A DNA stretch of 64,000 nt, taken from Parasitella parasitica NRRL 2501 (taxonomy: Eukaryota > Fungi > Mucoromycota). The notes under the pieces are model-generated. The model was not told the DNA's origin and made no database searches. It saw only the letters and a program-made list of their open reading frames with translations. The stretch lies in NCBI GenBank assembly GCA_025201805.1, contig MU619237.1:62001-126000 (forward strand), read 5' to 3'. Below, piece by piece: positions 1 through 11,911 of the stretch. How positions within the stretch are numbered: position 1 is the stretch's first letter; each line of letters begins with the position of its first letter. Position numbers and translations under genes: made by a program.

Positions 1-1
1 T

Positions 2-538
2 TCCAAGAAACCGTTCATGGAAGCCAAGGCTGCTGCTTGGTACTATGTAACTTACCATCCTAATGAACGCAAAAGAGACATGTCTTTGGAGGGCGGTTTC
101 TTCTCGTTCCCTTGGGTTGTTTCAAAGATTATCTGCGAGATCGCTAAACGCAGCAAAAAGAAACCGGATGAAGTTGACATTGAAGCTTCGCTGCCGTTTT
201 CTGAGGAAGCCATCATGGAAGGGGAAGCTGAGCTAGCCAAGATGAACAACGACCTATGTCCCATCATTGAAGACGGCGATTTGGACGATGATGATGACGA
301 GGATGGCTCTGAGGAGGATGGCGATGATGAGGACGATAGCGGTGACAATAGCGATGATGATGAAGTTGTATTCCATGTGGACGAGGATAGAAAAGTGGTG
401 CCCACTCTACGCAGTAACAATGATAATACTTCTGGAAATCAAGCCTCTATTATTGCAAGCTCGTTCGAGACACGCCAGAATGTTGTAGCGGAGGATGCCT
501 CGGAGGAGGATCTTTTGAGAGCTCTGGGTATTATATAA
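2..538 (+). CDS. RNA-dependent RNA polymerase (cellular RNAi-type RdRP), C-terminal fragment; 5' part lies outside the window
   Basis: Frame is open from base 2. EAKAAAWYYVTYHP...FFSFPW matches the conserved C-terminal KASAWYxVTY...LSFPW motif of eukaryotic RDR/QDE-1/SAD-1-type RdRPs. An acidic D/E tail follows; stop TAA at 536-538. Confidence 0.8.
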   Translation, partial: SKKPFMEAKAAAWYYVTYHPNERKRDMSLEGGFFSFPWVVSKIICEIAKRSKKKPDEVDIEASLPFSEEAIMEGEAELAKMNNDLCPIIEDGDLDDDDDEDGSEEDGDDEDDSGDNSDDDEVVFHVDEDRKVVPTLRSNNDNTSGNQASIIASSFETRQNVVAEDASEEDLLRALGII

Positions 539-708
539 TGACATTAATAAACTACAGAATAGCTGCATTATATATATATAGACTCTTGAGGCATTTGAAA
601 TGAATAAATGGCATTTCATTTGTGGATTACAACGCGGTCATGAACGCGCCAAAGCGTTTTTGTTGCGGGTGAAAAAAAATCTGTGCTTTGTTATACCATT
701 TCAACAAC

Positions 709-3221
709 ATGAAGAGGAATCAGCCAAAAACCAAGCAGGAAAACACACTGTTCAGCTATTTCTCTTCGACAAAACCACCAGCCAAGAAAGAGCCTCTTTC
801 GTCGCTATTAGACAGGACGAGCTCCAGTACTGCAAACACTGCAAACACTGCAAACATTGCAAACATTGCAAACACAGTCAAACAAACAATAGACTTGACA
901 GAGGACGACCAAGTTATGATCATCTCATCCCAAGATGCAGTTATTGATCTGGAGTCAAGCCAGAGCAGCTTCCAAGCAAGTAGCCAAGGCTCGATGAGCA
1001 GACTTAATACAGCCGAAATGGTCAACTGCTCAAAATACAACAGAAAAGGCTGGTCTGTCGAAGCAAAGCAGAAGGGGCCACAAAAATCGAGCCAAGACAC
1101 CCGCTTATCGCAAGAAAAGAAGCCAAACAGCCAGTTTGAACGACTGCAGCTGAACAGGCCTCGAATTACTGCAAAACCGTCGTATGAATGGTTGGGCCCA
1201 AACGATGTCAAGCCCTACAGCTCCAATTTCAACCCATTTGTGTCAGCATCAGCCCAACTTAAAGACGAGGCTCCCCACATCTCGTCACAGTTTGAAAGAT
1301 CTTTCAGTGCCTCATTAGGAAAGCGTAGCTACAGCGATTACGATGGCTCCTCGTCGCCGTCCTATGAGTCAGGATCAACAGGCTGGGGAAACAATACTAA
1401 CAGCAAAGGCTCAAATAGACGAGTTTTACCAGGTCCAGCAAGGCCCAAGGATACCAACTGGTCTAAATCAAAGGCGAAGCCTGGCTACACAAGACAAGCT
1501 CGTGCAAGAGTTTCCTACGACAAACCTGAAGTCTTGAACAGGCCCATAGTGTCCTCGACTGAATATGTTCCTGAACTATCGCAGGAACAGAAACGAGTTT
1601 TTAACTTGGTTGTCCGGGAGAGAAAGAGTCTGTTCTTTACTGGCTCAGCTGGCACAGGTAAATCGGTCCTGCTGCGTGCCATCATTGACAAGTTGAGATC
1701 AGAGTATGGAAGTAGGGTGGCAGTGACAGCATCCACAGGTATTGCTGCCTGCAACATCAACGGGTGCACATTACATAGGTAAACATGAATTTATTTTGCA
1801 AACGTGCAATCGAGTAACAAAAAAACGGACGATTTAGCTTTGGCGGTATTGGGTTAGGCAGTGAAAAGGCAGATGAATTAGCAGCAAAGGTCGAATACAG
1901 CAGAAAAGCCAGTGAACGATGGAGAGAAACTCAAGTTCTTATTATCGATGAAAGTAAGTCTCTGTAGCAGTGATCGCTAAATATTGCGTTGTTCACGAAT
2001 AGCCTAGTTTCCATGGTTGACGCTGATCTATTTGATAAAATGGACATCATTGCAAGGCGCGTTAGACATTCAGATTTGCCTTTTGGCGGGATGCAGATAG
2101 TTGTTACTGGAGACTTCTTCCAGCTGCCTCCTGTCAATAAAGACCGACCATCGAAGTTTGCGTTTGAAGCAGAGTCATGGCGCACGACAATCACTCATAC
2201 ATTTCTTCTCACTCAGGTATTCAGACAAAAGGACGGAAGTGAGTATTTGCCGCTCTTCATACCTGTATTGCTAGACTAAACCCTGGATGATGATAATAGC
2301 CTTTGTGAGAATACTGAATGAAATGAGGCTGGGTCTGTTGTCAGCCGAAGCCGTACGAATCTTTAAATCGTTGTCTCGAATCCCTGTTGTCGACGGCGAA
2401 TTTGAGCCTACTGAATTGTAAGCTGACCATGCATTGCAAACGGCATTTACTAAGCCCTGTCTTGCTTCTAGATACCCTCTTAGACACGAAGTAGACGGCT
2501 CCAACAAAAGAAGGCTGACCGAACTGCGGGGCGATGAAATTGAATTCAAAGCGATTGATGAGGGCGATCCGCGCAAAATGCAGCAATGCATTGCGCCGGC
2601 CGTACTTCAATTGAAGCTGCATGCACAGGTTATGCTCCTCAAAAACCTCGACGCAGAACTTGTCAATGGCTCAATTGGCGTTATTGTTGGTTTTGTTGGC
2701 AGGGGCGAATACAAAAACAAGGATGTCTGCGAAAAATTACGTACGCCACAGCGCAAAAGAGATCGACATTCACTATTTGCAGACAGGGATGTAGACCCGG
2801 ACATTGACATGAGTGTACCATGGCCAGTTGTCAAATTTGCAAATGGAAAAGAGCTTGTTGTAGAACGGGAATCGTGGTCAGCTGCTCTACCAGGTAAAAT
2901 AACGTAATTTTAATGTATGCATTTTACAACGTCTAATGATTTGCGGGGTGCCTGATTATTGCAGGCGGCTTAGATCCATCAAGGCGATCCCAATTACCAT
3001 TGATGCTGGCTTGGGCAATCTCGATTCACAAAAGCCAAGGCCAAACATTGGATTGCGTGCGAGTTGATCTTGCAAAAGTATTTGAAAAAGGCCAAGCCTA
3101 CGTAGCTTTATCGCGTGCAACTAGTTTAGAAAGACTTCAAATCCTAAACTTTGATCCTGTCAAAGTGATGGCACATCCTACCGTCTCCACTTTCTACAAA
3201 ACATTGCAAACAATCAATTAA
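709..3221 (+). CDS. PIF1: Pif1-family 5'-3' DNA helicase (multi-exon)
   Basis: Motifs [47 protein letters not shown] and [13 protein letters not shown]...[10 protein letters not shown]. First intron is 1779-1837, with further GT-AG introns near 1954, 2239, 2418 and 2894. ATG at 709. Confidence 0.95.
829..873 (+). repeat. 9-bp coding tandem repeat (ACTGCAAAC/ATTGCAAAC x5) in the PIF1 N-terminus
   Basis: Directly visible; encodes [15 protein letters not shown]. Confidence 0.9.
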
Positions 3222-5192
3222 CGAATCTGCATACATTGAACTCCTCTTTTATCGGTACTCTAACCTTATCAATAAATGTTATGCATCGAGTATAAGAAAT
3301 CGAGCGTTAGCACATACATGGATTAAAAACCCAAGCAAATGGCCCCAATTCAGCAATATCCGTTTTATTTGGGTATGGCAATTGGGATAGTTAGGACGCT
3401 CCTTGACTTTTATTGGATAGTCATGGAAACAGGCCACCCAAAACCAGGTAATTGTGAAATTCTTCTCCTGAAGCGTCAGATATTCCCAACTTGACCTTGT
3501 TAATTTAGGGTTACTTGGCAGCTACGATACTATATTATCCAAGGCTTTTACTTGTTCTCTCCATCTCACGCTAGCTATTTATTCTCATTTAAAGAGCATG
3601 TAAACAAAACAGCTAAAGCACAAATCCACTCACTATAAAAGGAAAATACAAATTCGAGATAAAATTGTTTCTGCATTGAATACTACCAATCATTTATAGA
3701 CACAGACTCAATTGGTACGGCTTGGCAGTAGCACTGTCTTTGTTTCACTGCTTTCTCCCTCAAGCCGTTAGAATGCATTTGTGTGAAACGTGTGGATTGC
3801 AAGGTGGTATATTCATCTGCATAGTAATTGTATTAAACGTCTGGGGCACCCATCACATGGTAAGCAAATCACTGACAAAAACTCTAATTACATTTCCAGA
3901 ATTGTTTTATTAGTCTTAATCTGTCTACATTTTTATGTGATTTATAGAGGGAATCATAAACATACAAATATCAGTTACCACGCAGATGCAAGGTCTATTC
4001 AGCTGCTATGCAGAAATGCCGTTCTAGATAGCGATTAGCTTTTCTTGTAAGCCAAGACTCTCAGTCGGATCGTTCCGTTTAGTCTCTGAGTGTGTTTATC
4101 TGCACTGAGAGAAACAAAAAACAAGTGATCTTCTGTTCAGTGGCTGTGCAGGCATCAGTCGATTTTTTTTTTTTTTCATGTAAATGTAATTTGAGGCGTT
4201 CTTGTGATGGTTTAGGTACGATGAAAAGTCGTACGATTATTAGAATTGCATTCCTCTTTTAACTGATTGATTTTGTTTATTCAAGCGAAAGTGGGAGCGA
4301 ATCAAACTATTTTAGAAACAAGTTTAACAGTTACACATGCCATCTTTGTAAATATCTCTTTTTTTGGGAACCAATGGGAGATGCATTTAAATAAGGCAAA
4401 AACCCAACTTTGGCTCTAGAAGAGAAACCTGTGGCTGATAAGTTTTCACTACAACTGGCAATTTTTCAGCTTAACATCGGCTGCGTCTATTTCTGGAAGC
4501 ATCTTTTTTATAATATACGCTGGTACATGTACTTGCACCCATTCGATCGATCGATACATTCACTGCTCCACTCTTGGTTTTTTTCCTCACATCTTTATCA
4601 ATCAAATGTATTTGCATCGTTGTAGCATTTAATGATATTTGAGCGGTTCAATCGATATTTGTTTTTCTTTTCACTGAATTGTTGTATCGATCGAGCTTGG
4701 CAAACTATGTGTGTTACAAAATAAGAAGAACATATTATTTCTGGAAAGAGAGTGGTTGTCTAACAACTAGGAAGATGGGGCCATTGGATTTTCTGATCCG
4801 GAAATGAAAAATGGGAAAGATAAACAATGATCCAGGATTCAAGCAACGTGGGCTAATGCGACGTTATACTTGTAATTCTGCTGCATCTCAATAGGTGGTA
4901 AAAAAAAATGCAAGATATCCGATGCCGTTGGTTTATCTGTGATTCAATGTGCAAAACAGGCAATAAAAATTGAGTTTTCCTCAGGTAAATTGCCTGGGCC
5001 GTTCCATTGTCAAACCAAACCACACAACACAGCATACATATATATGCGTATACATACAGACAAATGGTTGCAAGGAAGATCTCTACTTCAGAAATTTATA
5101 TATAAATGTAATGAAAATTTTCTCTTTTTGTTTCCTTCCTTCTTTTTTTTTCTTTTTTCTTTTTTTTTTTTATTCTTTTTTAATTTCTCTAA

Positions 5193-7654
5193 ATGAGCCG
5201 ACAACACCGCAAAAAGAAAACAGTAGAATATCATTTTGTCAATGTGAATGATCCCGATAGGTATAAGAAAATGAAGGTTGCCAGAGCCTGCGACTTTTGT
5301 CGAAAGCGTAAATCGAAGTAAATGAAAAGAATATTCTTTTTTTTAGATGGAAGCTTTTTCAATTAAACTATTTATTTTTATTTTATTATTTCAGATGTGA
5401 CATTGGCATTCCAGGTTCAGGCACCTGTTCCAATTGTAAAAAATCAAACACTATTTGCATCTTTTCGCCTGTGTCTTCTACTGTGAATACCAACACCACT
5501 ACTCCAAGAAAAGAAAGACCCTATTTTCTGACATCTGATTCATCATCATCATACAGTGGTCAATCATACCCATCAAGCATAAACAAGAAAAGCATGTCAA
5601 ATGTACTGTATCAAGCTCAGAATCCCTTCCTTTCAATGGATCAGAAAGGCCACTGCGGTTATGAAAAGAATGATGCTGCAGTTCACAATAATGCCGAGCT
5701 TGCTTCTCCTACAATTTATAAATTACCACCTTGTACAAAGCAAATGGAGCAGGAGCTATTCGACATATACTTTTGTTATGTGCATCCGTTTTTCCCGATT
5801 CTTGATCGTTATTATATCTTGCAGGCTCTAAAGTACGATGCAGAATCGATACCAACCTCACTGAAATTAGCTGTCATGGCAGTTTCCCTGCATTTCGCGC
5901 ACCAACAGCAAGATGCGGATCTTATGGCAGCAGCATACTATCAACACGCATCAATGCAGTTAGATCACACTCCTAGCCTTGCTTCTCTCCAGACTTTATT
6001 CTTACTTTACAAATTTCAAGAATCAATTACAGCAGTTGGCTCATCGCTCTCAGCTGCAGCTGTCGATTACCTCAAGGAAATTCAAACAATGATTAGTCAA
6101 TTACAACAGCAAGCTGAAAATGATAGTGGCCGGGTCGTGTGGTCAACTCAAGACGAATTTGTATGTCGTGCTGGTTGGATATTGTTTATAACAATTGCTT
6201 TAAATAGCACGGCTGATGATAGATGGAAAAATATACTTGATTGCAAGGACATGCAACGTTCAAAACTGCCTGCCTTAACTGAAACAGAGCACTATGATAC
6301 TGGTGAACTGAATACGTTTTGCAACTTTATGCATCTGATCAAAATTACTTTGCTGTATTCGCAAACTTTATCACTGATATCTGATCAAAGCTCTCTATTC
6401 GTGAATGCTGATTACCCAGAATTTGCAAAGCTTGCTCAAGCATTAGAGGTCTGGCGATCAAGTCTACCTAATCGAATTGCACTTGCTCTCTTCGCTGATC
6501 CACCCATCCTCTATTCTGCTCAGAACCATGATGTTGCCAATATTGCCTATGATAGCTCCAAGAGCGGTTCTTTTATCTCTTATATATGTCTGATTCATGA
6601 TATATTGGATTTGATCATCAGTATCCACCATTTATCCACATCAGAAGTCGCTATCAATCCCCAGGATTCCGAAATTTTCAAGAAGGCTTCTCAAGTATGT
6701 TATCGGGCCCATAGTTTCACTGCCGGTGACATGCAGACACCTCATTTCTCGAGATTAGCCTCAATTCAAGGCGGCCGCATTGTATCTTTTGGACTTACTC
6801 TGGCATTGCAAGCTCAATCTCATATGCATCAACAGAATGAAGATATATCCTTGGCGGATGCCAAGACGTATTACTCTAGTTGCTCGCTCGCATTCCAAGT
6901 ATTTGATGATATGTTGCTCTCACCTCGATTGTATTTGGCTATCCAAACATTACGAGTTCAACTGGATGCGAAAGAACAGCTGGTTTTAGCGGATCAGCAA
7001 CAACACGAGCACTCTCCCATAAACAGCAGCAAAAGCAGCAGTACCCATTCAACACCGGGTACTCTACAACATCATCAAAACGAGTATGGATTTTGCAGCT
7101 CTGCAACTCCTACCACAGCTACCACTCGTAACAATTCGAATACATACTATTACTCCAATATGAGTGATCAATATGCTACAAACCAACAACCACAGTACCA
7201 ACACCAACACCAACACCATCAGAATCTCCACCAACAGCCTCAGCCTCAACAGACACAAGAGCAACAATGGCAAAATTACAATAGGAACAACTATAATACA
7301 AGCAATGTCAGGTTCAGCCATGCCGCTCAAGGACAACCTGACAACTACTACGCTTCACAAGACGGTGACTATAGCCGGAATAGTATCCCCATCACACCTA
7401 CCTTCGAAAGAGATTTTGGTATGTCTACAAGTCCTACTATTGATCCACTAACGCCTCCTCCGGTGACTGATACTGATTCTTATTTTGCTTTGCAGCAGCA
7501 AGTAATTCCACACCATCAACTGCAACATCAACATCTTCAACTGCTGCAGCAGCAATATTCTAGCTTTGATGCCGCCATTGCTATTGCTTCAAATTTTTCT
7601 GACAACTGCTTTAACCTGACAGTTCAAAGCTCTAAATGCTATAATCACAATTAG
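5193..7654 (+). CDS. Zn(II)2Cys6 fungal transcription factor with fungal-specific TF domain and Q/H-rich C-terminus
   Basis: ATG 5193. Removing intron 5318-5394 joins ACDFCRKRKSK to CDIGIPGSGTCSNCKKSNTICIF, giving six Cys. YFCYVHPFFPILDR marks the Fungal_trans region. Confidence 0.9.
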
Positions 7655-8695
7655 TTTCCCATTATTATATTTATATATATCTATGTACATGAATCTCTCT
7701 TTTTTATTTCTTCCCCTTGTCAATAACATGTTTATAACCCTTCCCTTTCTTTCATTTCATCATTATATACATAGAAAAACTTCATATTATTTCAATGTAC
7801 ATTACATGCCCCCTTTTATTATTTGTGGTTTTTTTTTTAAATCACATACAATATGTACACTATTTCATAAATCATGATTTTTATGAACAATAAATACAAA
7901 AATATGCATTTTATTACAACAGATCGAGCAGTTTTCATAGAAATAACGAGATATTACTTTTTGGGTAAAATACTGTATACTATCAGGATGATTCAATAGT
8001 TAAAAATGCTACATATAGGATACATAGTGTAGGATATAGTTTCCGTTTCAATTATATTATGTTCTAATTCACTGCCAAATCTCCTTGATAGAACCGAGTG
8101 TGTCTAAATACTACTTTTTTTTTCTTTTGAGCAACAAAAGAAAGCATCACAAGTTGAATGCTAAACAGTATTTGAGAGAATTACCAGTTTGTGCATCCAG
8201 ACAAGAAACGCTTCTAATGTCAAGACTGGCAAACTCTACGCTTTTGATTGCAGATATCACAGTCTTTTCGACCGACTCAAGTGCTCAAACCCACTTTAAA
8301 TAGTTTCCCAAAGTAAAATGTTACTCTGTGATGCATTTTCATGGAATAAACTGTTGAAAAAAAAACCCCCCGTTTCCGATCAATTTGCTTCATGATTTTG
8401 ATTGATTTAAAACTGATCAAAAGACCGTGCGGCAAGCGTCTGTTATTAAACTAATATGGGGAAACTCATTTCGCAATGACCAAGCATGTTTGGTGTGATT
8501 TACTATATTATAAATTGTATTTTCAGGAAAGCAAGTATTATAATGAGTATATATTCTGTCAAAATATGCAAGGGTATTTACTTGTATTTATTAAAAAAAA
8601 TAAATAAAAAGAAAGAAAGATTGACTATAAGAGAATGATAAAGATATGTATTTAATGAAAGAGAATGTAGTACTCTTTTAAAAGAATGTGATAAT

Positions 8696-9592
8696 TTAAG
8701 AAGACCAACGATCCCTTATAGACGAAGTCCATTCAGGAGCACCTTCAAAACCATTTCTACCATGTTGATAATCGGCAAAAGCTTGATAAATTTCAGTTGT
8801 CGTGTTCATGACAAATGGACCATGCTGAACGATAGGTTCGTTGATAGGTTCGCCAGCAATGACAACAAAATGGCAATCATCCGAGGTGGATTCGACAGGA
8901 ATATAATCACCTTCGTTAGCGCTCAAAACTAAGGTATGGTGTGCCTCTGAACTATGTTTAGTACCGCCAAAGATAGCAGAACCAGCAATAGTATAGATAA
9001 AACCAGCGTAATTCTTGGGAATGACTTGCTCGATCTTCTTACCCTTCTTCAATTTAATATCGATAAACATAGTAGGAGTTCTTGTCATGACAGGGCTCTT
9101 GACGCCGTAAGATTCACCAGCAATGACCTTGATAGTGACACCCTCCTCTGGGGTAACTTGGACTACCTGCTCCTTGGGAAACTCTTGATAATTAGGCTCA
9201 GCTAACTTATTCTTGCTAGATAGATTGACCCAAAGTTGAAGACCATGTGCTCTACTATTGCTTGCAGGGATTTCAGCATGAACAATGCCCTTGGCTGCAG
9301 ACATCCATTGAAGATCACCGGGACCGATTTTGCCCTTATGGCCTTTAAAGTCTTCGTGCAAGAACTCGCCCTCCAGCATGTAAGTTACTGTTTCAAATCC
9401 ACGATGAGGATGGTCAGGGAAGCCACCTGGAGCACGTACATCGAACTCATCAAGCATGAGAAATGGATCCAAATTACGGAGAGCGTGGCTGCCAATGGAG
9501 CGGTAAACTTTGGCACCAACGCCATCCATTTGTTCTCTTGAAAGAACAGACTTGGTAATGTTTCTAGCGATTCTTGAGATTGGGGCAGACAT
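8696..9592 (-). CDS. Pirin (bicupin, quercetinase-like)
   Basis: DPFLMLDEF, GFPDHPHRGFETVTY, GDLQWMSAAKGIVHAE, QLWVNL and GEPINEPIVQHGPFVMN. Intronless, ATG at 9592, TATA-like CTATAAAAA on the minus strand at about 9661-9669. Confidence 0.95.
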   Translation of the reverse strand: MSAPISRIARNITKSVLSREQMDGVGAKVYRSIGSHALRNLDPFLMLDEFDVRAPGGFPDHPHRGFETVTYMLEGEFLHEDFKGHKGKIGPGDLQWMSAAKGIVHAEIPASNSRAHGLQLWVNLSSKNKLAEPNYQEFPKEQVVQVTPEEGVTIKVIAGESYGVKSPVMTRTPTMFIDIKLKKGKKIEQVIPKNYAGFIYTIAGSAIFGGTKHSSEAHHTLVLSANEGDYIPVESTSDDCHFVVIAGEPINEPIVQHGPFVMNTTTEIYQAFADYQHGRNGFEGAPEWTSSIRDRWSS

Positions 9593-9833
9593 GTTTGTTA
9601 TTGTTATTGTTGTAATAATTGAAAAATGAAGAAAAAAAACCAAAAGTCAAAAATCAATTCTTTTTATAGTAAATTGCAAATGCAGGTCCCCTCCAGCAAT
9701 GACAGAGCATTTGTAATGTATTATCAATAATTTACAAGCCCAGATTAGTAATAATATACGGATTCTCGCCTTTTTATTAGGTCACCGAGTACATAAGCAA
9801 GTCGATGGATTATACATGTTTTACAAATCTGAC

Positions 9834-11244
9834 TTAGCCCTTGATTTTATATTTTCCATACTACGAAATCGTGTTCGAGTTAATTCAAGAATATTCCAGT
9901 GACATATGGCCATACAGAACTTACAGATTTCTTTGGATCAAACACTTCCCAACGGCTAGCAGGGAAAATGTGTTTGTTCCGTTCATACCAAGCTCTTTCA
10001 ACCACTTTACCGGCATGAGACTGATACAATGCGATTAATAAATGCTTTTTTTTTTTAAGAAAAAAAAAATAAGAGAAATACTCTACCTCATCCTTTTCGA
10101 TAGTTGCATCATTGACAAATCGAATATCTTCATGTACGTCAAAATTAAACAAAGGCCCTGATTTCCCTCTAGCTTTGTTGATAATAAAATCATAAAATGT
10201 GAAGTGCTATGTTAAACAAGGTTAGCTGAAAAGAAGTATCCTTATAGCAGCAACTTACGTGTGGAATGATCAGATCTTCTTTAACGTACAAGAGATTGTC
10301 TGTATTTACACCACGTAATTGAGAAAATTGCTGGCGACAAGCGTCCAGGAACTGTTGAATGGAATCACCCTTTTTACACTAGAAAACTAAAATGTCAACC
10401 CTTGCGTTCAATTCCTAAGCTGATCCTACTTACAGTAACCACTTTACGATGGCCACTGCCGTCCCAGAATGAATATGTAATGTTGATTTTCTCGTCTATA
10501 TTATTAACAGTGTCGGTAACTTTCTGAGGCGGCAAGTACTTTATGCTACTCACTTTTGATCTCTTCTTGCTTCGTGATCCATTCTTTTCTCAGTTCCTCT
10601 CGCTCAGTACGCTCTTGCTCTTCTCTTTCTCTATCTGGCAGGAAGCTCGTGTCGATTGTAGGATCTTTCAGCATCCTTCTTTTTTTGACCACCATGTCTT
10701 TGTTCGTCTTTTCATTTTCCAATGCTCGTTTGCTGTCTTGCTCGTGCATCCGCTCTTCTTCCTCCTCATCATCGCCTGCAAATGATAATTTCAAAAGTTG
10801 CTTCTTCATTTTCTTTTTTCTCTTCTCATCACTGCATTATTGGCATTTAGATTTAGATTAAATAAATTTTGTGTCGTTGGGCTTGTATGCATGTATACCT
10901 CAATGGCGCTGTTTTAGCTGCTTCTCGCTTCTGCTGCTCTTCCAAGTTCTCTCTAATTTTTCTATAGTCTTTGAGTTCTGTTAAACCAATTGTACTGCTT
11001 TTCAATTGAGATTCGATATCTGCTTTGGTTGTTACAAATTTGTCTGAACCCACGCGAACTTCACTCATCTATTCTTGTTCTAGTTGGCTTTTTTTTTTTT
11101 TTTTCTTTTTTTCTTGTCATCTGTTTATCAGCGCTTTGAAATTACCTTTGCGTTCTTTTGACGCTCTTTTTCTGACTCTTCGTATATTTTTTGCCTCTGC
11201 TTTTCGAGCATAGATTGACGAAGACCTTCTGCTTTAGAATCCAT
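9834..11244 (-). CDS. XAP5/FAM50-family nuclear protein (multi-exon)
   Basis: [62 protein letters not shown] and [28 protein letters not shown] 11244; last exon YGKYKIKG* ends at 9834. Confidence 0.92.
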
Positions 11245-11911
11245 TTCTTTTTTTTATGGAAAAATTTTTATTTGGCAAAGGAATAAACATAGTTTACTGA
11301 CCCTCCTTCATTCAGTCAATCTCCATTTTTAAAAGCCAGAATGACCTACATCCTGCCACTAATGATGGTCATCCTTCATAGTCTATCGTAGCTATTCTTG
11401 TCGTTTGATTCGATATACTGGCCATTTGAAATCCGGTTTAGCTTGGCCTACTGAACACAAAACCTGGCGGAACGTTTGAAATCATTTGCTAAAACCGACA
11501 ATTTGATTATAATCACCAAAGAGATATGATGGTGCATCCTACGTTGTCGATTAAATGTAATAAGATTTTGGCAATAGACAAGTAATGGCACAATATATCA
11601 TCTTGTATGTTTGCGATAAATTGCTTGGCAATCAAGTCCTTTCTGGGGCATCAAAACACAGAAAGGCATCCTAGCAATAAAACATATCAAGTATGAGCAC
11701 ATCACCAAAAAAAAAAAGTGTGCTTTGTATTACGATTTACTCGACTTTCTTCATTCAGAGCAATTAAGTTGTTCTTTTTCTCAGAATACAAACACACCTT
11801 TTGTCTGTTATTTGAGACCCAGTTTGGTAAAAATATTTTTTAATCATCAAACCTCAAGCCATTACACACTCTTTTTCATTTTGCTCTGTTTATTTGCTCG
11901 AGGAAAACTAA

